Source: Sphyrna mokarran
Taxonomy: Eukaryota
Direction: 5' to 3'
DNA: 64,000 nt
NCBI GenBank assembly: GCA_024679065.1
Contig: JAGIQG010000009.1
Coordinates: 86,614,001-86,678,000 of the forward strand
Position numbers and translations under genes: made by a program. Below, in pieces: positions 12,175-26,140 of this stretch. How positions within the stretch are numbered: position 1 is the first letter of the stretch; each line of letters starts with the position of its first letter. The notes beneath the pieces were generated by a model that was not told the origin of the DNA, did not search any database, and saw only the letters and a list, made by a program, of their open reading frames with translations.

Positions 12175-15100
12175 AATTCATTTGTGGGACATGGGCGTCG
12201 CTGGCTGGCCCAAAATTTATTGCGCATCCCTAATTATGCTTGAGAAGGTAGTGGTGAGCTGCCTTCTTGAAACGCTGCAGTCTGCGTATGGGGTGACCCA
12301 CAATTCTGTGAACAGGGGAATTCCTGGATTATGGTCCAGTGATTACAAAGAAATGGCAATATATTTCCAAGGCAGGATGGTAAGTGGTTTGGAGGAGAGC
12401 TTGCAAGTGGTGGCGTCCCCATATTTCCGCTGCCCTGGCCTTCTAGATGGAACTAATCATGGGTTTGGAAGTTGCTGCCTAAGGATCTTTGGTGAACTGC
12501 TGCAGTGCATCTTGTAGATCGTAAACACTGCTAGTACCGAGTGAAGATGATGGAGGGAGAGGATGAGTGAATTTGGTGCCAATCAAGTGGGCTGCTTGCG
12601 CTTGGATGGTGTCAACCTTCTTAAGTATTGTTGGAGCAACACCCATCCAGGCAAGTGGGGACTATTCCATTACATTCCTAACATGCACCTTGTAGATGGT
12701 GGACAAGCTTTGGGGGTCAGGAGGTAAGTTACTCGCTGCAGTTTTCCTAGGCATTGGAAAGGGTGCAGAGGAGGTTTATCAGGATGTTGCCTGGTATGGT
12801 GGGAAGGTCTTATGAGGAAAGGCTGAGGGATTTGAAGTTATTTTTGTTACAGAGAAGAAGGTTAAGAGGTGACCTAATTGAGGCATACAGATGATCAGAG
12901 CGTTGGATAGGGTGGACAGTGAGAGTCTTTTTCCTCGGATTTATGCAGGGGTATAGCTTTAAATTAAGGGGTGGTAGTTATAGCATGGATATCAGAGGTA
13001 GGTTCTTTACTCAGAGGGTAGTAAGACTGAGGAATGCCCTGCGTGCAGCAGTTGTAGACTCACCAACTTTAAGAGCATTGAAATGGTCAGTGATAGACAT
13101 ATGGATAATATTAGAATAATTTAAGTTAGAGGGTCATTAGACTGGTTCCACTGGTTGGTTCAACATTGAGGGTCGAAGGGCCTGTACTGCGCTGTAATGT
13201 TCTATGTTCTAGACTCTGACCTGCTGTTAATGTGGTGAACACAGTTGAGTTTCTGGTAAATGGTGATCCCAAGGATGTTGACACTGAGGGATTCAGTGAT
13301 GTTAACATCTTTGTATGTCAGGAGACATTGGTTACATTTTCTCTGATCGGTGATGATCATTGTTGGGGCAAATTTTACTTGCCTCTTGTCCGGATATGGT
13401 TGTATGCATTTGAACATAGACTGCTTCAGTACCTGAGGAGTTGTGAATAGTGCTGAACATTGTGCAATCATGGGTGAACATCCCCACTTCTGACCTTATG
13501 ATGGAGGGAATGTAATAGATGAAACAGTTAAAGATCTGAAGATGTTAGGCCTGGGACACTACCCTGAGGGACTCTTGCAGACATATCCTGGGACTGAGAT
13601 AATCACCACGAAACCTGCTCCCCCCCCACCACCCCCCCACCCCACTTCCCTCCACAAGCACAACTATCTTCCTATGTGCCAGGTATGACTCAAACCAGAT
13701 AAAGACGAATATTATGGATGCTGGGATCTGAAATAGAAACAGAAAATGCTGGGAATACTCATCAAGACTGATGGTATCTGTGGAGAGAGAATAAAACCAA
13801 TGTTTCTGGTCTGATCCTCATCCAGATGGAAATGTGGCTCTGTGACTTCAACCAGTTTGCCCCCTAATATCCATTGATTCCAGTTTCGCTAAGGCTTCCT
13901 CATGCCACTGTCCATTGAATTCAGTCTTGATGTCAAAAGTTGCACTCTCACTCCCCGCTGTAATTCACTTCTTTTGCCCATGTTTGAACCAAGGCTGTAT
14001 GAGGCCAGTTGCTGAGTGATCCTGCTGAAACCCAAACTGGGCATCACTGAGCAGGTTATTGTTGAGCGGGTGCTGCTGGATAGCACTGTTGATGACCCTC
14101 TACTTCACTTTACTGATGGTCCAGAGTAGACTGATGGAGTGGTAATTGGATAGATTGGATTCATCCTGCATTTTGTCTACAAGACATACCTGGACAACTT
14201 TCCACATTGTTGGGTAGATGCCAGTGCTCCTCCATCCTGAGTGTTGTAACTCTACTGGAAGAGCCTGGGTAGGGTAGCAGCAAGGTCTGGAGCACAATTC
14301 TTCAGTACTTTTGCGGGAATGCTGTCAGGGCCCATCACCTTTGCTGTATCCAACATCTCTTGATATCATGTGGAGTTAATCCAATTGGTTGGAGACTGAC
14401 ATCTGTGATGCTGGGAACCACTGGAGGAGGCCGAGATGGATAATCCACTTGGTACTTCTAGCTGAAGATTGCTACCAATGCTTCAGCCTTATCGTTGGGA
14501 CTGATGTGCTGGACTCCTCCATCATGACGAAGGGGATGTTTTGAAGCCTCCTCTTGCAATATATTGTGTAATTTTCCACCAGCATTCACAGCTCAATGTG
14601 GCAGCATCATAGAGCATTACTCTGATTGGTTTGTTATGGGATTGGTATTTTATGCCATTTGGCATGCAATTAGTCGTGTTTGGTAGCTTGACCAGATGAA
14701 CACCTCATTTTTATGTGTGCCTGGAGTTCCTCCGGACATGCCCACCTGGATTCTCCATTGAGCTAGGGTTGGTTTAATGGTAATGGTTGAATGTGGGATA
14801 TGCCAGGCCATGAGGTTGCAAATTGTACATCAACTTGCTGTTGATGACCTACAATGCCTCATGGGGGGCCATTTTGAGTTGCTAATTCTGTTCAAAGTCT
14901 GTGCCATTTAGCACCTGATAGTGATATATAAAATGATGCAGTTTATTGTCAATTGGAAGGTGCGACTTAGTCGCCATAATGACTATGCATTGGTCCGTCT
15001 TACTGATACTGTTGTGAACAGATGTATCCTGCAGCCGGCAGATTGCTAAGAATGAGGTTCAATATGTTTTTCTCTCTTGTTTGTTCCCTCACTATATGCT

Positions 15101-15790
15101 GCAGACCCAGTCTAGCAGTTATATCCCTTGGAACCCGACCAGCTCGATTAGTAGTGCTTCTGCCGTGCCACTCTTTGTGCTGGACATTTAAATCACCCAC
15201 CTGAAAAACAGTTTGCGCCCTTACCACCCTCAGTACTTCCTCCTAGTGTTGTTCAACATGGAGGAGTACTGATTCATCAGTTGAAGGAGGATGTTGCAAC
15301 CAGTAACAGATTTCCTTACCCTTGGTTAACCCAAAGCCGTAAGGCTTAATGGAACCAGAGTCAATATTGAGTATTCCTAGGGCAACTCCCTCCTGACTGC
15401 ATACTGCTGTGCTACCACCCCTGTTCATGGGTGAGACAGTACATATTTAGGGGTGGTAATGGGGGTGCCTGGATCGTTATATGTAAGATATGGATCCATG
15501 AAAATGATTAGGTCAGGCTACTGCTTGACTAGATTGTGAGATAATTCTCCCAATTTTGCCACTAACCTGCAGATGTTAGTAAAGAGAACTCTTCAGAATC
15601 AACAGAGCTGTTTGTTTTGCCATTGTGTTTCCTGGTACTGAGGTCAATGCCAGGTCCAGTTTCATTTATTTGTTGAAGCTTTGTCGCCATTGATAAAACT
15701 GAGTGGCTTGCTGGGCCATTTCAGAGGGCAGTTGAGAGTCAACCATATTGCTGTGGCTCTGGGGCCACATGTAGGCTAGGCCAGGCAGAA
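12175..15790 (-). mobile_element. Decayed second-family non-LTR retrotransposon (APE plus RT; CR1/L2-group), with nested fragments
   Basis: VGDLNVQHKEW and REKNILNLILSN (APE); WKVVQVC...SNYHSISLL, QFGF, VPQGSV (RT); distinctive 3' end near 12180. Confidence 0.75.
12750..13212 (+). mobile_element. Nested CR1 3' fragment
   Basis: [15 protein letters not shown] and the ATGTTCT tail. Confidence 0.85.
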
Positions 15791-17147
15791 TTCTTTCTCA
15801 AAATTACAGTCATGAATAAATCAACGGTCTAGATAATGGAAATGGTCCTAAGATCTTTTGGTTAGGTGAATTGACTATACTACCTTAGTGTCCAAAGTTG
15901 TGCAGACCAGGTGGATTAGCCATAGTAAATGCACGGGGTTATGGGGATAGGGCGGCGACTTTATGGGTGTGAGTTGGGTGGATCTGGTTTAGAAAGAATG
16001 CTTTCTATGGTATATTTGTAAAATTTGGTAAGAGTCGCAACTAACATGCCAAATATGCTTAGCTTTCTGAGAAATTAAAAATGTTGGTATACTTTCTCAA
16101 CTATAATGTCAGCCTGGGTGGGAAGGGGTGGTGGGGTGCGTGGAGCTTGGACAGGTTGCTGATGATCTGTAAAAATTTGAAGGTCCCAGCCATTTCTAGT
16201 TTATCCCCATTGATGTAGAGAAGAGCATGTTCTCCACTACACTTTCTGAAGTCGATGACAATGATAGTTGGCATTAATTCACAAATTTGACATGATAATT
16301 AATGCACAGAAAAATATGTTACGATGGATGTTGCATTAAGCGTTATGACCAATACCAAGTTAGAAAGCGATGCAGTTAAAGACAAAATTGAGCTTGATAA
16401 TGAAAGCAAAGGGTAATAACTTTACATTGAACTGGAGTTTAACAGCCATTGCATATCATAATAAAATCATTGTTGTTTATTATTAAATTGGCACTTAAAT
16501 GACCCAGTCACTGAATACATTCTTCAATTCATTGAGTTCAATGCAGTGACTCAGGCTAAATCAAAGAGGGAATGATATATATTATTCTTTTATGCATTCA
16601 TGAGACATGGGCATCGCTGGCTGGTCAGTATTTATTGCCCATTTCCAGTTGTCCTTGGGGGGCAATTGAGAATCAACCACAACACTGTAATCTGGAGTCA
16701 CATACAGGCCAGACCAAGTAATGATGATAGATTTCCTTCCCTAAAGAGCATTAAATATTTGATTGGGGTAATTAAGTTCAGGGTTTCTCAAAATTAAAAC
16801 TGCAAACACTTTGGAGGGTTTTTGTTTCTTGATGTTTTCCAGGAATTCCATTCACTAGTACAGCCTTGAAAGACAAAGATAGTGAGTACTCCTGATAGGG
16901 AGGGATTCCAAGACTTATGTCATTTACTTTCCAGCTATGACAACACTTTAAATTCTCTTAAAACTAAAGGTGAAACAGACAAATAAATCAAAATGATTTC
17001 TAATTAATCACTGACTATCATTTACATTTCTTTAAATTTCCAGAGTAATTGAGGCATCTGCTTTTAAGAAAACCAACTGTTGATGATCAATGATTGCTTT
17101 GTAACAGTATTTTTAGTTGGCAGTTGGCAGGGAGACGGTGACATAGT

Positions 17148-17472
17148 GACGCAGTGATACAGACATTAGCACTAGTGCCTCACTGCGCCAGAAACCCATG
17201 TTCAATTGGGTAACTGTCTGTTTGCAGTTTGTATGTCCATCCTGTGTTTGCGTCGGTTTCTTTGGGGTACTCCCACACTCCAATGATATGTAGATTCGGT
17301 GGATTGGCCATGTTAAAATTGCCCCTTCATGTCCCAAGATGTGTAGGTTAGGGTGATCAGCAGGATAAATATGTGGAATAACAGGGATGGGGCCTAGATA
17401 AATGCTGTATGGGAGAGTCGGTGCAGGCTTGATGGGATGAATGGCCTCCTTCTGCACTGTGGGATTCTATGA
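17148..17472 (+). mobile_element. tRNA-derived SINE with CR1-type tail
   Basis: Same head, core and tail as 9544-9850. Confidence 0.75.
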
Positions 17473-17649
17473 GTCTGTGTTTGAATTGCAAAGGCTTAAT
17501 AACATAAAAATCCTTCCTTATCTCAGAGTTAACACAAAGCGGCTTTTTTACCTTTCCAGCTTATTACAATGAAAGTAAAATGAAATCGATCTGTTCTTGG
17601 CTGTTTTACACAAAAATCTTGTAACTTTTTACCTTAGAGATGTCATACC

Positions 17650-17895
17650 CCTCACTCCTGTTCCCTCTGATCCAGATTAATGGTGTAGGGATAAGGAGCA
17701 GGAACCTGTGCTGATGTCTCTTTCTAACCCAAGGTTACAATGTCGAGTCCAGGAGCAGGAACCTGTGTTGATTTCTTTTTCTATCCCTGAATAACTAATT
17801 GGAGATCAAAGCAGGAAACTTTGCTGATCTCTCTCTCAACCCAGCATAACTGTATAGAAATCAGGAGCAGGAACATGTGCTGATTTCTCTCTATT
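17650..17895. repeat. Degenerate tandem repeat, ~57-60 bp unit
   Basis: Four copies of (agg)agcaggaacctgtgctgat at ~17694, 17751, 17810 and 17862. Confidence 0.75.
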
Positions 17896-18254
17896 ACTTG
17901 GGAATCCGTATTTCACTGCATCATCTTCTTCATTAAGTAACAAAGGCCAGAACTGCCAACGGGACATTCTATCCATTTTCCTTTCCATTTGGTTAAATGC
18001 CCGGTTCCCCCAAGATTGGGAAAGAAATATAATTTTAATCTGTTGAAACAATTTTTATTTCTCCTATGAATTAGCACTCTACTATTATATCCCCGTAATT
18101 TTTATTGCAGTTGTGAAATCCACTGTTGATTTTTTTGTAGTGGAGTCTGGCTGGATTAAATCCATTAATTAATTAAGTCACAAAGTTTCAAATTTCAATC
18201 TGAAGTTTCTACTCGCAGACTCAGAACTTCCACACTTTTTCCTTGTCCCTACGG

Positions 18255-18480
18255 TCAACTTCGTGATAATTGTCATCTGGTCTTGGAGTAATTGTAGACT
18301 CCGCAAAACTGACAGTTGTAACCTGGCGGTGGCTGTGGCTATGGCTGATTTATTGATCCTTATCCTTGATCTGATTCTGAGCCATAAATCTATTGTTTAT
18401 TGTGTGCTGTATGTTGTGGTGTGCTGCAGAGTTTGCCACAAAGACAGTCTCAGCCTTTGGTTTACTCATTGTTCGCCCTC
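18255..18480 (+). pseudogene. Decayed paralogue of the GPR139-like receptor (TM1-TM3 remnant of exon 2)
   Basis: Reads VNFVIIVIWSWSNCRLRK...AVAMADLLILILDLIL, matching VNLVAIVILARGKCGLSK...AMAVADLTVVIVDVVL of the intact gene. A later SLWFT resembles SVWFT. The acceptor reads tacGG|tcaac versus tacAG|tcaat in the intact gene. The rest of the receptor is not recognisable. Confidence 0.7.
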
Positions 18481-19429
18481 CATCGTGCACAGTATCATCA
18501 ATCACATCTTTGTTTATTTGAATTTTAGCGGGCAATGACATTTCAAGATGTGAGAGGGAAACAGTCAAGATGACTGTGCCCCTGGGCATTGATTCTGTAA
18601 GGACTACACTTTACTTATCCAATGTTTCCATCAGCAGAGTGAAAGATCCAGTGAGAAATTGCCAGCAGCCCAAGATCTCTATACTTTCACTGAACAAAAG
18701 TTTCATTCTCGGGAAACAGGCCCTGTTCGATGGTTTTTATTATCTAATCACTGACTTTGTATTTCTGCTGTCTGAATAATTGGTTGTAATCGGAAATAAA
18801 ATTTACGATATTGATCACTGCTTCATATCCCTGTTTTGTTTCTCTTTCCGATCAGGTAAAAAAGGTGCCTGAGGTGGAATGAGGCTGGGAACAGATGTGG
18901 GAATTCCAGGAAATGGGAAGGGGAGGTCAGTGCAGGGAAGCACAAAGTTCAGAATGACCCTTTTAGAAATGGACTGATATTAGATAGGAGTCCCACACTA
19001 TTAGCACTTTGTCCAAAGTTCAAGTTATCTCACAAATACCGTAGTGTGGAGAAGGATTTGAGGGTTTAGACACGGTTGAAGATTCCAAGGAGACTGATTC
19101 AGAAGCCGGGAAGTTGTTTCAGGATACAGGGAAGGGATTCATAGGGAGGGTAAGATGTTCACCAGGCAGACCAGTTTCATGGACAGAGCAATGATTTCAA
19201 TGGCTGAGAAAATGATTCAGGATGTGAAGATTCAGAGGGTGGGGAAGGGTTCAGTGGGAGGAGGGGGAGGGTTAATCTATGAGAGGCGTGATAAAAATGG
19301 GTGAAAAAAAGTTCAGTGTTTAGAGAAGGGTTTTGGTGGATGGTTAAGTGGTTCATAGTGAATGGATTGATGAAGTAAGACGTTTCTTTCATAGAGAAAG
19401 TACTTTTGTATCACAAAAGATTTAATAGT

Positions 19430-19855
19430 ATGCCAAAATTTCACAGTGTGCAGAGGGAAAGAGGGTCAGGATGGTGAAGTGGATAGTGTATTGGGGAACA
19501 TTTTTCAGCTCGTGAAATGATTGGAAGACAGGATATGATTTAGTGGGAGTGGAAGGAATCAATGGAAGGATGAAATAGATCAGGCATTGGAGACATGGAT
19601 CAGTGGGTGGGAAAATGGGTTAATGGCCGTAGGATGGATGTCAGAGTGGCGAACATGATCAAGAGTTGGGAAAATGAGTTTGGGGCAGGGGAAGGAGATC
19701 ACAGGAGCAGAGTTGGCGGAGGATCAGAGGGTGTAAAACTGATCAGTGGGTGTAAAATTGATCATTGGTGAGAAAGGAAATCAAGAGGTGTGGAAGGGGA
19801 TCAGGGGCTAGGGAATGAGATCAGGAATGGGAGCTGAAGGATGGAGGAGTGAATC
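19430..19855. repeat. Degenerate purine-rich ~20-bp tandem array (GATCAG core)
   Basis: Recurrent gatcag/gatcaa followed by G/A-rich runs. Confidence 0.6.
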
Positions 19856-22705
19856 AGAGTTGCCTCAAATCTGATCTTTCGGAACAAATTCTCCACCAAA
19901 GACTGATTAAAATCCAACCAGGATCTCACTAGCAAGAAATATTAGTTGGATGAATATTAAAGTGCATGGGGAAAGAGAGATTTGATCTACTTGTCTCTCA
20001 GAATCAGGCAAGAGAAATTGACACTGTCTCAATTTCTTCAGGTCAATTTATTTGTCTCTTTACTCGCTGTCACATTTTAAGTCTTGCTCCCTCTCTTTCT
20101 CTGCTTTATCAGCCTGTCACCCTGCCAAATTCCCTCATTTTCTCTCTCACTCTGGTACAGTATATGTTTTTCTTGTTTTTTCAATTTAATGACTTTACTA
20201 TTCCTCTCCCCCCTCTCTCTCTCTCTCTCTGTCCCTCGCTTGGTCCCCACCCCCGGGTCACATTCCCTCATCCTTTGATCTCTTTCCCAATCCCTATCAC
20301 CCTTGCCCAATCCGTGATCTCCGCCCCCCCATGCCCTGATCTCCTTCCCCATCTCTGATCTCATTCCCCAACCACTGATTTCCTTCCCCCAAGCCCATGA
20401 TCCCTTCAACACCTTGATCCGTTTTTCAATCCCCTCTCTCTGTAAATCTGTCTCATTCTGTTCATTGCTCCCATTCACTTTATGTTTCTGTCTTCTGCTG
20501 GATTACTAAATCCACATTTCCCCCTCTCTTATTTTTGTAAATATGTCATTACATTTCATATTACGTTATACTGACATAACCATATCATGATATTCTTCAT
20601 GACTGTGACTCTATATCCTCAATCTTCTGAATCATGTGTTTTCCAGTTAATTTTGTCAGCCAATGTCCATAACTGAGTCAGTTTTTAGCCATTTTATTCA
20701 GTAGATTTCGAGCAGAAGTCTATCTCCATCAACAATCAGAGGCTGATCAGATCAGAAAAGGCTCCTCGCTGGATCTGTACACAATCCACATTCACTCCAA
20801 TCCATAATGTGGATCATCCATTAGAGCAATGAGTCAAGATTCCTTCAACACTTTCTGAAATGATGAAATCTGTCACCTGGAAGCACAGGAGCAGCATAAT
20901 CTGCAACTTACTGTACGATCTACACAGAAATTTAACATATCCTCACTCCTATATCATTACTGGGTCAAAGCTGGAAATTCCCTGCCTTGTGACATTATGG
21001 ATGTCACCGAACCAAGTAGACTGCAGCAGTTCAGTCAAGCAGTCTCAACAGAACAGTCTCAACAACAAATGTGAGTGGGAAACCAATTCTTGCTGCGAGA
21101 AGGCAGCCCAAATCTCTTGACAACAATTAAAGACCGAAGTTGGAACAATTTGTCAATCATTTGTTGGCAATCTGTTTTGCCATGAATGAAACAATGTCAC
21201 TCAAAAGCAAGGGTACCAGTATATCAAAAATCACACTTTTAAGATCATGCCATAAAGGAAGAGAGGCTGAGGGGGTTGGAAATGTAAATAAAATATGAAA
21301 TGTGAATAAAGTATGGCAGCAGCTTCAAGACAGATTTCAACTATTCCTCTCACAAACTGGAACTAAGAGATGGGAAAAGGGCAAGTGAAATGAAGCATCT
21401 AACATCTGTTCAGAATTAATTTCTTTGTCACTATGTAAGAAAGAATTGGTAACAGATATTTAATTGGAAGTCAATACTAACTAGTAAGGAGGGTAGTCTG
21501 GAGACAGGGCTATAGCATAAAATAACCTTTAAAGGAATATTGATAAGAACATAGAACATAGAACACTACAGCGCAGAACAGGCCCTTCGGCCCTCGATGT
21601 TGCGCCGATAAAGACAACAGTAAAGGAAAAGCTAAATTTAATTAATTAAGGTACAGATAGCTTTGAGAGAGTGAAAATGGAAATAATGAAGAAATATTGG
21701 AAAAATGTCAACATATATATTTATACAACAGCAATGCTTTCTTTGACTCAGTGACAGTAAAGAAATAGTAATATATACAACTGAACATTGAATTCAACAA
21801 ATTCAGAGCATAAATTCTCTTCTTCACTTCACTCCATTTCCATTTATTTTATTTCATTGTGTTTCTTCTCATCTCATTCATCCAGTTTTATCATCCTTAG
21901 TTCTCACTTCATTTTTTCCATTTCTCCATTCCTGATCTCCATCTGTCTCCCTTCACCACCCCTTTTAGGGTAACTGTCTTAACTATCTGTACCTCTGTTA
22001 TACCATACCCAGATTCTGAGCAATTAATGGACACTTTTAGCACCTTGCTCAGTCTTGTTCATCTTCAGTTACATTTGCTCTTCTGATCACATGTTCATCC
22101 TTGGCCTTTTGCAATGCTCTAAGAACCCCAAAGCAAACTGGAGGACTAGCACTTGATCTTCCGATTGGCACCTTTATCAGACTTCTTCACCTTCACTTGC
22201 ATTTCCTTTGTCCAATTACAGCCCCCACCCTCATAGTATAAATCGCTCTTGATTTGCTTTGGTCTTAACTCTGATGAAGAGTCATCCAAACTCAAAATGT
22301 TGGCTCTATTCTCTCTCCACAGATGAGAGCCAACCATTGAAGGTAAGTAGTTCAGGGTCTTTGAGTTTCTCCATGTCCTTCATGATGTATCCAACCAGAT
22401 TAGTTATATTTTCTGAAATATTTGGTATGTACATGAGAACATAAGAACATAACACACAACACACTGATCTGGTTACTGCACATGTCACTCCCTTTGCTAC
22501 CAAGATATAATGCAATGCCATTCTATGTTCAAGTACCACAGTATACATAGCAACCACCTCATCATTGATCTTAACAAAGACAATTGCTATATCATTGGCA
22601 ATTTGTTCTAAAATGGAGTGCACACCACAATCTCTCCTTTTGTTTTAGCCATTCCATATTAGGGAACTATTATGCCAAAAAGCCATTCTCTCTGTAATGG
22701 TCTTT

Positions 22706-24463
22706 AATGTTGCAGTGTATAAAACGTTGGTTAGACCTCATTTGGAATATTGCGTCCAGTTCTGGTCGCCTTACTACCGGAAAGACGTGGAGACTCTGGA
22801 GAGAGTGCAAAGGAGGTTTACCAGGATGCTGCCTGGTACAGAAGGTCTGAGTTACGAGGAGAGGTTAGGCAAATTGAGGCTGTTTTCCTTAGAAAGATGT
22901 AGACTTAGAGGAGATCTAATAGAGGTGTACAAGATTATGAGGGGTGTAGATATAGTAAACAGCGTTAAGCTTTTTCCTAAGATGGACTCAAATAGCACGA
23001 GGGGTCACGGGCTTAGGGTGAGGGGGTAAGGTATAATTTGGATGCTAGAAGGAGTTTTTTCACACAGAGGGTGGTGGGGATATGGAATGCGCTGCCAAGT
23101 AAAGTGGTGGAAGAAGATACTCTGGAGTTATTTAAGAAATACTTAGATGGGCACATGAACAGAATGGGGAATGGAGGGATATGGAAAACTGATTTAAAAT
23201 AGGGATCATGAGCCTTGGGAGTCCCTGGGAAGTGTGTAAATAGATGATGATATTGATATACTTGTTTTTATCCTACAGGTACTTTGGTCCACCGTATTGT
23301 CTAACAAGGGGCATACACGCGATGGGTCGCGAGAGGGCTGCTCTTGGATTTTGAGTATCATAGAACATACATAGAACAATACAGCACAGAACAGGCCCTT
23401 CGGCCTTCGATGTTGTGCCGACCAAAATAAAAAGCAATGCCCCTCCTAACTAAACCATTCCCTTCTCATCCATATACTTATCAACTAACCTCTTAAACGC
23501 CACCAAACTTGGCGCATCTACAACAGCTGCAGGCAGGGCATTCCACTCCCTAATCACTCTTTGAGTAAAGAACCTACCTCTGATATCCGTCCTATAACTC
23601 ATACCCCTTAATTTAAAGTTGTTTCCCCTCGTGCTAGCTTTCTCCATCCTAGGAAAAAGGCTATCACTGTCCACCCTATCTAAACCTCTAATCATCTTAT
23701 ATGCTTCAATAAGATCCCCTCTTAGCCGCCTCCTTTCTAACGAAAACAACCTCAAATCCTTCAACCTCTCTTCATAGGACCTGCCCTCCATACCAGGCAA
23801 CATCCTGGTAAACCTCCTCTGTACCCTCTCCAATGCCTCCACATCTTTCTTATAATGTGGCGACCAGAACTGCACACAATACTCCAAGTGCGGCCGCACT
23901 AGAGTTTTGTACAGTTGCAACATGATGCTGCGGCTCCTAAATTCAATCCCCCTACCAATAAAAGCTAAGACTCCATATGCCTTCTTAACAACTTTATCCA
24001 CTTGACTGCCTACTTTCAGGGATCTATTGACACATACACCAAGATCCTTCTGTTCCTCAACACTATTAAGAGCCCTACCATTAGCCCTATACTCTACACA
24101 TTTATTGTTCCTGCATTTATTATCCTAGTGCTTCACGTCATTAGTTGTACGCCTGACCTGGACCATTTGATGGGCAACACAACAGCTCAGTGACTATCGC
24201 TGTGCTGTGCAGATACATGGATTTGGGCCTGTGTCTGTGGGAGTTTGCGCATTCTCCCCATGCTTACATGGGTTTCTCAGGGTGCCCCGGTTTCCTCCCA
24301 CATCCCAAAGATGTGCTCTTAGACTGATTGGCAGAACAAATTCTCCCTAAATTGTCTCAAATTTGGTTTCAATTCATAGATCTATAAATGTAGACAGGGA
24401 TCACGGGAAGGAGTGGGAACATCGAGGTGGTGGCACAGGCTCATTGTTTTGTTCTTTGTTTTT
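22706..24463 (+). mobile_element. Long-UTR CR1 family 3' fragment inserted at the env SU/TM junction
   Basis: [21 protein letters not shown], long 3' UTR, (TTTGTTC)n tail; hosts a nested CR1. Confidence 0.9.
23360..24115 (-). mobile_element. Young CR1 3' fragment nested in the UTR of the previous element
   Basis: Intact 183-aa ORF2 C-terminus and AGAACAT tail; near-identical to 55540-56280. Confidence 0.95.
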
Positions 24464-25646
24464 TGTAATAGCTTGTTGGTGTATTGGCAGATGAGAGAGT
24501 TCAGGAACATGACATATGCACAGAATTATACATCCAACAAGATCCTTCCATCCAAGCCAAGCATATGTTCTATCTCCACAAATCCAATACGTACCATTTA
24601 AAGTTGGATAAGTGTTATATAATGAATGACTGGGCATAACTTGGTGGAGTCAGGCATAGCACACTCCTTGGGCTTACCGTCTAATTACATTCGCTTACAC
24701 CTAAGTTTTTCCTAGGCCCTCCCAAATTCTCTATGCAATAGATTCCTCGTGGTTTTGGCATTGACTGTTTTAAAGCTAGATGAGGAGCTGATCTTATTTG
24801 GTTATTAACTGGTGTATACCCCTCCATATAGTTTTCTGAACAGGCCTTACCATTGTGAAACTGCTCTCTTACCTCCCAACTTGAAAAGCCTGGTATGTAG
24901 TGTTCTGAATGTTTGTCCTCTTCAGCTGTTTGATCTGCTATTATCAATTTGACACATCTCTGTATCTAACAAATGAATCCCATCTTTAATTCTGTCCTAC
25001 TCTGTGCACTATCATCTCTTCTATAATGTCTCTGTTATTACCCTGCTCACTTCCCTTTAGTGTTCATTTATTCTATTGGATTATTTCCCTTTGAGCCTAA
25101 ACTGTAGTGCTTATAAGCTTCCATATTCAAAATTTACACCAGTTGTTTTAAAGAGGTGAATATAAACTCAAACTTCTCCTCCCATTTTATCTTATGTAAC
25201 CCTTCACTAAATCTACTCCACCCCTCTGCTAGATTTTGATTTGAGATAACAATGCAAATTTTTAAAACACAAAAGCAAACTGTCTGGGACAGAATGGGTT
25301 AATTATCTGTTTATTTCTACAGGGGCAATGTAAGTTTTCTCAAATAGACATCATGATGTCATCATTGTTTTCTTGGTAAGCACTCAATACTCCATACTGA
25401 CTCCCTTCTGAAAACCTAATTCTAAAATTATGTTTTCATTGCTAATTGTACCATAATTCCAAAGCAAGATTTATTTTTCACTCCTAAACCAGTCTAAACT
25501 TTAAATTTACATGTTTAATTATTTCTACCATTCTGCTCTCAGGCTTGGAATGATATAAATCAAATAAATTTTTTGCTGAATAGCTAACTCTTGTTATCAC
25601 TTTTCAGATGTAACAAAACACCATTGTGAAATTGATCTGCTCATAA

Positions 25647-26140
25647 TGTGGAAGCTATTGAAAGAGTGCAGAGGAGATTTATAAGGATGTTGCCTGGATT
25701 TGGAGGCATGCCTTATGAAGATAGGTTGAGGGAGCTGGGACTCTTCTCCCTGGAGAGACAAAGGTTAAGAGGCAACCTGATGGAGGTTTATAAAATGTTG
25801 AGAGGAATAGATAGGGTGGATTCTCAGAGGCTATTTCCCCGGGCTGAAATGGTTGCTACGAGAGGACACAGATTGAAGGTGCAGGGAAGAAAATACAGAG
25901 GAGATGTTAGGGGTAAGTTTTTCACTCAGAGGGTGGTGAGTGAATGGAATCGGCTGCCGTCAGTGGTGGTAGAGGCGAACTAGCTGGGGTCTTTTAAAAG
26001 ACTTTTGGATGAGTATATGGGAACTAATGGGATAGGGGGTTATAGATAGGTCTGTGGCTTGGTAAGTATAGATGTGATTGGCACAACTCTTGGGCCGAAG
26101 GGCCTGTTTGTGCTGTAGTGTTCTATGTTCTATGTTCTAT
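25647..26140 (+). mobile_element. CR1 3' fragment
   Basis: IERVQRRFIRMLPG, FFTQRVV, (ATGTTCT)n tail. Confidence 0.9.

Larger units (their letters stand above)
22306..24950 (-). mobile_element. env: Endogenous retrovirus env remnant 1 (SU C-terminus plus TM), split by CR1 insertions at 22706-24463
   Basis: SU-like YWICGDRTYAWLG..GC..VP (24637-24460). Fusion-peptide-like ITEREWLFGIIVP*YG (~22698). Immunosuppressive domain LEHRMALHYILVAKGVTC, CX6CC motif CAVTRSVCC, then YIPNISENIT. Confidence 0.85.
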
